Below are positions 1 to 10,800 of a stretch of 64,000 nucleotides of DNA, piece after piece. The stretch is taken from assembly GCF_009914755.1 (NCBI RefSeq), contig NC_060932.1; one strand, written 5' to 3'. Source of the stretch: the human T2T-CHM13v2.0 reference genome, Homo sapiens. The stretch's first letter is position 1. The number at the start of each line of letters is the position of its first letter. Both the position numbers and the translations under genes were made by a program. The notes below the pieces were generated by a model. That model was not told where the DNA came from, did no database searches, and saw only the letters and a program-made list of their open reading frames with translations.

Positions 1-30
1 TGGGATTACAGGTGTGAGCCACCGTGCCGG
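1..30 (-). mobile_element. Alu 5' end (element continues left of window)
   Basis: tgggattacaggtgtgagccaccgtgccgg = reverse complement of the Alu 5' end. Confidence 0.9.
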
Positions 31-419
31 ATCCTAACTTCTAAGCCTAACAAAAGTTGCCCTAATGTCTTTCATTGTGTTTTTAATAAACCACAGTTAG
101 TATTATTTACACTATTTGTAGTGTAATGGTAATGACATTATTATTTATAAAACTCATTCTTCTTAAAGTTCTAGAATATAGAATTAGACATGGCCCCTGA
201 GCAATTGATTACTCCTGTGGTACATTTGAAAGATACTTGTAAGATCTTGAGAAAGGGAATGTAATACCCAGAATTTCTTCATTATTACTGGACTATGACT
301 TAAATATTAGGAAACAATTGATTAATGGTTTGGAATGAAAGAGACTTAATAGACAAGGAACGCAGCAAAAGGCAGAGATAAAGAGCATTTAAGAAATATG
401 GATTCTTGATGTAATCATT

Positions 420-502
420 TATGTATATATACACATATCAAAACATCACCTTGTACACCATAAATATATACAATTTTTATTAATTATATTTCAATAAAGC
501 TG
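420..502 (+). mobile_element. Old L1 (L1M-type) 3' end fragment
   Basis: tatcaaaacatcaccttgtacaccataaatatatacaattttt...aataaagctg resembles L1M 3' termini. Confidence 0.65.
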
Positions 503-683
503 AACAGAGAAAACAAAAATGCCAAAAGTGCCCTAGAGGGAACTACGAATACAACTGAAAAAGGAAGAAATAAAGGATTTGTTCCCATTCAAAACTGTAA
601 CAGTAATAAATAAGAATAAGAAATTTAAGTTGGTGAGTCAGGTGGGATGTTGGTTTTTAGCTTCTAAAATTGCATTTCATTTC

Positions 684-770
684 TTCCATCCAAGTACTAA
701 CCAGGCCTGACCCTGCTTAGCTTCCAAGATCAGACGAGATCGGGCGCATTGAGCGTGGTATGGGCATAGA
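684..770 (-). pseudogene. 5S rRNA retropseudogene, 3'-truncated (~first 85 nt of 5S)
   Basis: Reverse complement TCTATGCCCATACCACGCTCAATGCGCCCGATCTCGTCTGATCTTGGAAGCTAAGCAGGGTCAGGCCTGGTTAGTACTTGGATGG matches the 5' part of human 5S rRNA; 13-bp direct repeat tgcatttcatttc at 671-683 and 772-784. Confidence 0.95.
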
Positions 771-1120
771 ATGCATTTCATTTCCTTCCTTTGTAAATAC
801 ACTTTTTATTCATCAGTACAGTTCTCATATGCTCTATAGAACCCCAAGATAGGAAGACTGTTTAGTTAGTTAGCAAGTATTTATGAAGCACCTAACATGC
901 ACAGCAGCAGAGACCCCAGAATGGCAAATGTGTGCCTCCCCTGACCTACATGCAGTTGAATTTCATCCATCTTACAGTCTAAAAGAAACAAATGTAGAGA
1001 AATACAGGTTCTTGTTTAATTACATTCTAATTAATTTCCTTAGCACAAAAATTCATTCAGTGTTTCAGCCATTGTGATAAGGTAACAGATAATTTAGGGA
1101 TCTATTTGCTTTTTTCGAAG

Positions 1121-1215
1121 AAGCAGCAATCCTGGAGAGTCATGGGATAGATGTGCAGAGTCCAGGAGGCCACTCAAACAGTGATGATGTCGACGGGAAT
1201 GACTACTCTGAGCAG
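1121..1215 (+). CDS. HMBOX1: HMBOX1 penultimate coding exon, (E)AAILESHGIDVQSPGGHSNSDDVDGNDYSEQ
   Basis: Acceptor ttttttcgaag|, donor CAG|gtgagc; peptide recognised as the HMBOX1 region after the homeodomain; joins in frame to 3185. Confidence 0.95.
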
Positions 1216-1456
1216 GTGAGCCCCTGCGCAGCTGGGCGAGGTTCTTGGTGCCTGAGCAGGGGGTATAGTGGGACAGCTTAGTTCCTTGGGTGTGGCTGAT
1301 GGGGTGGGGGAGGGGAAACAGTCACTGTCCCTCCACTCTGCTCCTGTGTCTAGTTAGATTTCATGTAATTTGAAAGGAATGTGGTAAGATTCAGTTGTCC
1401 TGTTGAATTTGTGAGAGATCGTTATTCACCCACATGGATTTATTGTCATACAACAG

Positions 1457-1552
1457 GATACTTGGCAAGTACGCAATGGGGAGGAGGAGGAGGGAAGAAG
1501 TTCAGAGGGAGGCAGAGAAGCAGAGAAGGTAGAAGAAGAGAGGAGGATCTGA
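1457..1552 (+). CDS. HMBOX1: HMBOX1 alternative exon: DTWQVRNGEEEEGRSSEGGREAEK (72-nt cassette to 1528) or read-through VEEERRI* (stop 1550-1552)
   Basis: Acceptor catacaacag|GAT in the same phase 0 as the last exon; open purine-rich frame; internal donor AAG|gtagaa after 1528. Confidence 0.7.
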   Translation, partial: DTWQVRNGEEEEGRSSEGGREAEKVEEERRI

Positions 1553-3184
1553 TCCAAACAAGCAAGTTACACCATTCACGACACACACTCAGTGTTTGAG
1601 AAATACTAGGGGCAGCTGGACCCCATGCCTAAACACGTACCGACGCAGGGCACGATGGAAGGCCCCACTCACTCTGGCCCCACTGCAGTGGGAACCCTCC
1701 TGCCCAAAGGAGTGGTTCTTCCAGAGTCTCTGGCACACTGACACATGCATCCTCTCATAAGTGCAATACCTGCATGACTCTTCACCTCGCCCTGATTTAT
1801 TCTGCATTGCTTTTGGGGAAAATGTATTTAATTGTAGCCACTGCGTGGAGTAATTCAGTAACTAAGACTGTGGGAGTCCCTCCTCGACCCCCACATAGAT
1901 GTTGACAGATTTCATTAAAATTTTGATAGGATTTAAATTTCCATTTGGAATATGCAGAGAACGCATGGTACCTTCCCCTAGACCACAGCAAGAAAACTTC
2001 TGCTCATTTTTCTGGGGTCTGTGCTTTTTTCTTGCTCCTCAGCCAGCTCATATAGTCCAATGTGTTCTTTAATAGCCTCTGTTTACCACACACCTAGAAT
2101 GCATGCAAGTGTGTGCTGATCCCTTTGTAAATTCTAAAAACTAATCTGTGAACATCAGAAGGAAACAATGATGTCCACACTTCTGAAGAACTACCATTTT
2201 TTCCCATTTAGGACTCTAGTTAATAGCCCCAAGAGAATATTCTGTAAGTCTTTCTGTTCGGAAACATTCCTCTTTTCAGTCTACCCACATAGATGGATCA
2301 TTTCCATCTTTTTTTACAGATGCCCTAAGGGCAGCACATTCCATGTTTTGTTTGTTTTTTTCCTTAAGGGACTTACCCTTTCCAAAGCTCTTTGATACGG
2401 AGTTCCCCTGAAGATGACAGGTGAGAAACATACCCCTTATTTGTAACACCATCTTCAGTGCCTGACGTACATCCTGCAATGCCAGCTTCCTTCACAGCTT
2501 TATTGTTTAACACATTGAGCTGCGCGGGGAGGACAGCTTCACACTAGTTCTAGGTAAGACGCCTGCCGCTCCCCTTGCACAGCTGCCTGCAGCAGGAGAG
2601 CTCGACACCTTCCTCCCCTTTCTCCCGTAGCCGTTTCTGGCAGTGACATGTGTCCTGTTGTAATGGAGAATTCTTTTTTTCTTTTTTTACAAAAATGCAT
2701 TTTTTATCTGTAAGATGTAATTGTAAGTTCTGTCTAGTTTTCTCAGTTCAGAGAGGGACCATGAATTCTAATAATCTATTTGTAAGAGCAGCAATCTGGA
2801 ATTTAATAGCTCACTAGTATGGCCTTCAGTGATTAGTGCTATATTTGTTACAAACAGAAAGATCCAAATTGTTGGTTTTATATCAATCACTGCAGGTTTG
2901 ATCATCATCACCAGCAATCTTATTAATAGAATGAATAGAATTCTCAGTGATGAAAAACATTTTTTGTGCTTTTTACTTGTTGAATCATAAGATTATCAAC
3001 TGAAAATCTTTGGACCTATATCCATTCAGTGTCTACTTAAATACAATTTACCTCTATTTTATCATGAGCCCCTCCCCCAGTTTCCTCCCACGAATGTTCT
3101 GCCTCCCCTTGCCCCAGCATGTCTCTCTGTGACTAAAGAATTCTTCCAATCCACTAATAACATTTCTTATTTCTGCACATCTAG

Positions 3185-3322
3185 GATGACAGTACGAGCC
3201 ATAGTGACCACCAAGACCCCATCTCATTAGCTGTGGAAATGGCAGCAGTCAACCACACTATCTTGGCATTGGCCCGACAAGGAGCCAACGAAATCAAGAC
3301 AGAGGCCCTGGATGATGACTGA
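3185..3322 (+). CDS. HMBOX1: HMBOX1 last coding exon DDSTSHSDHQDPISLAVEMAAVNHTILALARQGANEIKTEALDDD*
   Basis: Acceptor tttctgcacatctag|GAT; 46 codons ending TGA; matches the known HMBOX1 C-terminus. Confidence 0.97.
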   Translation, partial: DDSTSHSDHQDPISLAVEMAAVNHTILALARQGANEIKTEALDDD

Positions 3323-4890
3323 TCAGGGAGGTTAAACATGACAAGTTAACTTAGTTTAGACGTAGCACCTTAGCAGACTTTCCTCGGTCCTTAACATGTG
3401 TTCTTACAGTATAACTTGCAGTTTCTTGTATGTCAGGTAGCTGTTAGGGTCTTGTTCTGTGAAGATGGCATGGTGCCCTCAGCCTTTGCATATACTCTCT
3501 CAGTATTAACTCCCAGTAAATAATAACCAACCAACCAACCAAACTTCCCTCTCCCAGCCCCCGAGGCTAGAAAATCTTGCTGCTCCGTCTTAGCATTCCA
3601 AGAAAGTGCTTCCAGGTATTTAGATAGCCCTCAGTTCTCAAATATTAGACTACGTGTAAAATCTTGGGTACCTTTAGATTCTTGTAACACTAGTCTGTAC
3701 TCCCTTTTCCTTCCCCAAGACTGATAGGATGCAAGCTGAGGTCGTGGCACAGGAATGACAGACACCATTTGGGGAGTATCCACAGAGTCAAAGGAACACT
3801 AGAATCCCCACCTCAGCGTGAGGATAATTGATTTCCAGCTGCAATAAGCCGTGCCTCATTATAGCCACACTGTGGCTAGATTATACTTCTTTGGGTGCTG
3901 TGCTAAGAATGTCAATGGAAAAAGCCGATCTCAGATTTTGTTTGAAGTTAACATGCCTGACACAGACATCCTTTCCTCTCACAAGCTGTGTGACTTAGTA
4001 GATAAAATACTGCCTTCTGCCTTTGGGACCATGATTAAAAACAAAGACAAAAACCAAAAGTCATTAAAAAAAAAAAAAAAAAAACCCAGCTTGAGAGCAT
4101 TGGAAAAAAAAAATATGAGCTGAATGTCTAATGGATGCTAAGTCCAGTTTTCAGAACCACTGTACATTCCACGGCACAGTTAGCAGTGCCTGCCTGGAAA
4201 AGTTTTGGAGGTCATCGTGGAAGTTGCTTTGCCTCCTGTCAGTGTCCCCTTTCCCTGCTACCAAAAAAGTCTTTCAAGGATGGAGCTAAGGTCAAAAATG
4301 AGTGAAAAAACTTGCAGTGTTTGTATCCATTAAACGGAAGCCCCCTCACTCTGAGAGGTCACTAGAGGACTTCATAGTGGGGTTGTGCTGCTTATCACAG
4401 ATGCAGACACTTGCCCAGATAGGAGCAGAGAAAAGCAGGGGACGTTTCCTACTCACATTGTGGCTGTATGAGAACACGATGGGACTGCTTTGCTGTTCTC
4501 TTTACTCTGTCCTTGGAGAGGTGTGAAAAGCTGTATTGCTACAGGCAATTTATTTAATAATTGGAAGCCATATTGATAATGGATGTGGTAATATTTGTAA
4601 AGTTTAATCTACTTTAAGCGGCAGTAACTAATGGAATTTTTTTCCTTGATCACATATGTAGCACTTTTGTTACTTTTTAAAGATATTTATATTTGATAAA
4701 TCTTTTTTTCATTTTGAGAACTCAAAATACCAAACAGTGAACTTGCATTCTAAAGTCACCCTGTGATCACCTTGTCATCTAGTAGCAAAATGATGAACTA
4801 TTCATGCATCAAAGAAAATTACATCTGCTGGCCTTGTATGAAAATGATCTCTTGGCATCCCGATTAAATGACACACTGTCACTGTGGGTA
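3323..4890 (+). other. HMBOX1: HMBOX1 proximal 3'UTR (end approximate)
   Basis: Follows the stop codon; AU-rich; ATTAAA at 4863-4868 is a plausible proximal signal; a further AATAAA at 5935-5940; A19 run at 4066-4084 is an internal-priming risk. Confidence 0.7.
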
Positions 4891-7800
4891 AGAGGAAAGA
4901 GCCTTCAATGTAGCAGCACAGGGTGCGCCTGAAAGAGGCACAACTGCTGTGGATTTTCTGCCTCGCTCCATCTCTCCTATGTATAATGAAGCCTTGTTTA
5001 AAGGGGCATGTGGGGCTGGATGTTAAGCACGGCTTCTTTTTGTCCATTACCTGAAAACAATTTCTAAGATAAAAGGAAGGTGCCATTTCCTTACCTCTTC
5101 ACCCATCCTCCTCCACCAAATGTATTCAACTTAAAACTGTGAGAGAGAGAGACTGAATGACCTTCCTCAGTTTTCCCTTTCTCATTCAGGAGATACTGAA
5201 TATCCGCCAGTTTGTAGTTGGTTTCCTTCCACTTAAGGCACACGCTGACTGCATCATTTCCTTATCTGTTAATCCTGCTTATGTGAGTGTGAGGAAAGTC
5301 TTTGAGAGGGCATGAAAGTGCCACCTTATATATGTCTGTGACTTTAAAGAGCTATATGCAGGGCCTGGTCCCACTTTTGTCCATGGATTTCAGGGGGAAA
5401 AAATATATGTACTTTTTTCAGCTTCCAAGCATTGAAGTGAAGTGGAGCCGTCTCTTCTGTTTTACTGTATTACTTGAACCAACAAATTCAAGAGTAGCAT
5501 TTGTTATTCTCAGGAATGAGCCTCCCACCGCCCCCCCCCCACCGACTCATATTCTTTTTTGGTTTATCTTTTTATTTCAATTAGGAGATTACGTTCTCTT
5601 CCTTTCCTTTTATTTTGCTTAGAGGAAATGTAACATAGTCCCATTTTTGTGGAATTTTGACGCTTATTCTCAATTGAATCAGAAAGTACAAGGAGACAGA
5701 GAAAAAATCCGCTCTGACAAGCCACATCCATGATTGATTGTAAGGGGATTATTATAATTGATAGCTTCTTTATCATGGGATTGCTAGTATCATTTGTACT
5801 TGCTGGTCTTTTTAAAGGAACAGACTCAAACTGTTAAGACAGCTGCAGTTTCTAAAGAAATACAAAGATTGCCGTGGATGCACTCAAAGGTTTCATTGTT
5901 TTAACACCTTTAAGGGAGAAAAAAAGCTTCAGAGAATAAAGGCAAGTTCGCATCCATGAAGGGCAGTACCAGACCCTATATGGCAATGTGGTAAAACTGA
6001 AAGAATATTTCTACCACTGCAGGAGAATGTCCTGGAGAGCTCAGTGGGAACAGGAGGAAGGCATCTTCCACCCACAGTTGTTCTTGTCATTGGAGAAGAC
6101 CGCTGGCTGCTCTGAAGACCCACTGCCTTACATGTCACTTTTGCTTTTTCACCAAGAGTGAGAATTTACTTCCTTTGGGCCTAGATTTAAACCTGTTAGT
6201 TTTCTGTTTGTCACCAAGTTCAATTCTGCCATTTTGTCCAGGCCACCTTGGTTCTTGTAATGGTGTGTGGCGCTGCTACTGTTATATTTATTTCTAGTGT
6301 CTTTAGGTAGTATATTTCTCTCTTAGGCTTTTTCAGGTTTTAGAGGTGGAATTAAAATAGAAACCCTAAACTTCCGTATTACTGAAGGGAAAGCAGCCAG
6401 GCTCTAAAAACTCACACTGTATGCTTCTTGGTTGTTCCGCCCCTCCCGTTGTACTTCACTCTCTCCTTCAGGCCCCAGGGGACTCCCGCAGGGGCTGTTC
6501 CTTCCTGTCGAGGAGGACTTTCAAAGGTCTTTTGAAGTGGGGTGTGGGGGAACTTGCCAACAGGTATTCATATAATTTGTTATTTCTTTAAAGACACCTT
6601 AATTGAATTACTATGGTCAGATGGGTAAACTTTCCAAACTTTAAAAGCACTGACACAGGGACCTTTTAAAATGGGTCATCTTGATGAGATCTCTGCCCAT
6701 CTGTTGATAACCCTAACAGTGGATGAAGGCTGGGGAGGGCAACACCCTGCATTCTTATCTGAGCCCTTCAGTGCTATTCAGTTCCAAATGTTTTGATTTG
6801 TTTCAACAAAGTCTGTAATGTTGGAGTGCCCTTAGAGCAATTTTCTTCACAATCAAAATCACAATCCTTTAAGTGGTTAATAAATGTAGTTGCCTTCCAC
6901 TCACTTATGACTCTGGACAGTCCCCACCCCTGTCACTCACAAGGGCAGTCTTCCCACCCCACCCCCATATTCACATTCCCATGGCCCATCACAGGAAGAA
7001 GGAACCTGGGGCAGAGACGAGGAAAATCATTAAGGCAGAGGTGTACACATCCAGTTCTCTAGTTCTTGGTAGATTTATGGTGGCAGCCAGTTCAGTGGTC
7101 ACCACCACCTATGTTAGGTCCATGTATCCAGATATATTTTACCTCAAAGGAGATGACTGAAGAATTCACCAATATAGTTATTATTTCCTTTCTGCCTGTT
7201 TAACATTTGTCTTTAAGAAATATTGGCTTTAGAAACTTCTCCCTTGGATATCAACCATCAGGCACCAAGTACAAACAGACTCATTGAATCAAGAGTCTCC
7301 AGCCTCATCCTGTGAATAGCTCCTCTTCTGTTTCCCTCTGACTAGGCCTTCAGCTGACTTCTTTGCTGGAATTTTCTAATCTTGTGACAGCAGGGAAAAG
7401 CTGGATGTGGTCCATCTCTTAACACAGACACTCCTCCCTGTCTTGACCAGCTACGTATTCCACTGACCAGCCTCATCATCTCTGCCCTCAACAGTGGAAA
7501 TGATCTCTTTCCCACAGATGTTCTCCCTCCCTCCTTCCTTCCCTTCCCCTTCCTACAAACGTGAACTCTTAAGTCTTTACTCTCTGGTCTTCAGAAGGGT
7601 TTGGTTACAAGCAGTCTTCCCATTTAATTTGTGGCTCTGCCTTTTAAAATTGTTTTTTGTCTTTTGTTGTTCAGAGAACGACCAGAGTATTTTCTCCCCA
7701 GTGTGTCCCAACAGATTCTTAGGCAATAATTTTTCTTGTTGATGATCCCGTGCTCAGTAGCACACTACATTGAAGAACCCTGGCCCTCACCATTGTGTGT

Positions 7801-10800
7801 TGGTTTCTGTGTTAATCTCTGTGATCTGAATCATGTCAGAGTGATGATAGATTTTGTCATTTTGTTGTGATTATTAGTAATGTTTTACTACTGTATTCAT
7901 TGGGGCTGTGTTGAGACCAGCCAAATCCATTTATAGCTTTACTGAGCCGGATTGATTTGTCAGGATTTCCCAAGTGAAAGTTGGGCATATTGCCCAGCTC
8001 CTGCTGGTGGTATCTTTGGGGAGTGTGGGATGGGGTGGGGGGATGTCCTGGGGCAGGGGTGGGAATGACACATATAAGGCATTCCATTTTTTTTTTTTTT
8101 TTTTTTTTTTGCTTGTGCTTATTAAATAGCAAGGGTGTTTACTCAGGATTTGGGGATCAGTTGTAGCCATGTTGAATTTGGCAAACTGAGCTGTGTGCCC
8201 TGAAAGCCCTCTTTTTATTTCTTCATTTCCATATTGTCTGACTTACTTCACCTAGGAATACCTGAGTTATCCAGTCCAGTGTTCCCTGATGAGAGTGGAA
8301 GATTTTCCTGGAGAGGCAGCTGTGCATGGCCAGGTCATCTGTCAGGATGTTGTGGTGGTGTGTGATCAGAGCAGAGGGCCTTTCTTTTCCTGTACTGTGC
8401 TCTACTTCCTTATGCATGCTTGGTTTCAAAGATGACCGCCACTTTAAAAGAAAGATTTCCTCACAGCTCTCCAGAGAACTATCATACTAAGGTGATAGGA
8501 AAGGCTTCTCGGATACAAGCCAACAAGTCAGTCTTCTGATTACAGAAACTCCTCTCACAGGTTATGTTTGGAAAGGCTGTTCTCCATTCCACTTATAAAT
8601 TGAAAGTGATAAGCTACTGTCTTGTGATCTTGCAGGGCCAGTGGTTGACTCATCTCTGAAAGGTAACTTCGTTCATATCTATGTATTTTCAAACCTGGAA
8701 GCTTGTAAATTGGAAGTTTCAGTATTAGCTTTATTATTCTTTCTTGGTGAGGAATAGAAATGGCAGCAAAAAGAAAGCCAACAATCTGAAAACTCCAGTC
8801 TCCTCTAACACTGGCTTTGTTTTAAATCAAGATGGGAAGAGATACATGAGGGGTGGGAGGGAAGATATGCCGGCTGCCCTTTCTTATCTCAGTGACGTAG
8901 ATGCCTCGGGATTATAGGCACGCGGATCACTGAACCTCTTTTTTGTCATTCTTCCTATGACATTTGTGGCAGAACTTTTTAGTTGATTCTGTTCACATGA
9001 AATGTGACAAGCATTTTTACACCATGAGACAGTTTACTACCCACATGCCACACCCATTGTCTGTCTCATCAGCCAGCCCCGTAACTGCACCCAGAGGGGT
9101 GCAGCTGCAGGGGAGCTGTGCCTTTCTCCTCTCCTGACACTCCTTTCACGTGGCAGGTTTGCAGGTTGGTTGGCCCTGGTCTGGACAGCTGTGTCCGTGC
9201 CTGCTCGGCTGCCCTCCAGTTGGTCGGTGTGGCTGGCGTGGGCATGTACCCCCCGACTCGCACTTGAGAAGTCTTGGGATGCCGGCTCCCTCGACTCCAT
9301 TTTCATTTTAAGTAAGAGTGGCTCTGTATAGCCATAATTAACTCTCAAATTCACATTGGTGTGCTGTGATCAAATGAAGGTTGGACTGAATCTTTTCAAA
9401 CTGTAACCATGGTAATTGAGGGGGGTGGCATAGAATGAATATATAAAAATATAATGGCAATTGTTCTGAATGACTGAGTGTCCTCCTGACATGTAATTAG
9501 CTGTTTTAGCAGGATGTAGATTGGCATGGTCATAATTAAAAGAATTTCTGTCTTTTATGTGATTGGAAATGGCAGCGCTCCCATCCCCTGTTCCCTCTTA
9601 GCACTAATGCTCCCAAGAACATTTGGAACAGCAGCTCCATAAACTAAAATAATGACATGGTGCTCGTGTTCTCCCCTAAGTGAAACAGCAGAATTTGGAG
9701 TTGTTTCAGCTTCAAAATGGAAGCCTTTGATTATTGTTCCCCATTTGACTTCTAAGTTCTTTGAAACTTCACTCAACATCCAGTTCCAACTTGCTCCACC
9801 TCTGGCAGAAACCACAGTCAGGACCCCAGAAGAAGCCCCTCTGACCGGCCCCCACTGCATTCCAGCCCATGGTCTGGCCAGCTCCGGGCCCTTGCTTGCC
9901 TAACTCGAGGATGTTGCTGCTTGCTGGGCTCTCTGGGATCTTCAGATTTCCCTTGGTTGCTTGATATTTCCATTGCCGTCACTATCAGAAAGCATTTCCC
10001 AAACAGAAGTTTACAGAAAATTGAATCGAGGTTTCCTCATTGAATCCTAAGACTCAAAGCAGACAACATGACAGGACACATATAACTAACACAGGCTTTA
10101 AACAGGTGGAGGCGTGAATGGAGTACTATTCACGACATTCTAAAGCTACTGGAGCACGGGACACGTGTCTGTACGCTCCTCTCACACCCCTTACTCGGCA
10201 GCTGCCCCACTCCCGCCGTTGCCGTTGCCCTGAGTCTTCCCCACTGTTCTGCTGTGCCAGTGTGAGCATCTCCCCGGCACTCAAGTCCATGTTCTCTCCC
10301 TCCCGCTCTTCCTCCTGTCTCTTCCATGCTCCCTGTTGCACGGGACATCATGTGGGCTTGATGCCGTACACAGTCCCTGACCATGGCCCCCTACTCTTCT
10401 CCAGAAGTGTCACACTAGACAGGAGCTGCTGAGTCACCAACTCACCTTTCCCTAGAATGTGGGTTTGTTTTTTCTCCCCCATCACTTGCAGAGGTCTTTT
10501 TTCAATTATATGATCAAGAATGAGTCTACAAGAATACCAGCACCAGACATAGTGCCAAATGGCCTTTTGTAAGCTGTTTCGTGCCCTTGAGGCTCGCACT
10601 TGTGCTGGGTGAGCCCAGGACCGTTAGCCTTTTCTTTTCTAGGTCTGGACACTCCGGGGTTGGTTAGGCTAGCCACTGGGGAGAATACAGCTCTGGCCTT
10701 TTTTCATATTTTGCTGCTTCTCTTTGTACAGATCTTTCCCCCTCCACATACCAAAAGGAATCCTAACCTAGTTGAAATGCTAGTTGCAATTCAGTTTCAT

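Noticed and set aside
4066-4113. A19 and A9 runs after ATTAAA as a retrocopy tail or true mRNA end
   Set aside because: No recognisable element body or TSD; genomic A-runs mainly cause oligo-dT internal priming.
4789-4865. ATGATGA box C-like motif (possible C/D snoRNA)
   Set aside because: No CTGA box D or terminal stem at a suitable distance, and the site is exonic.
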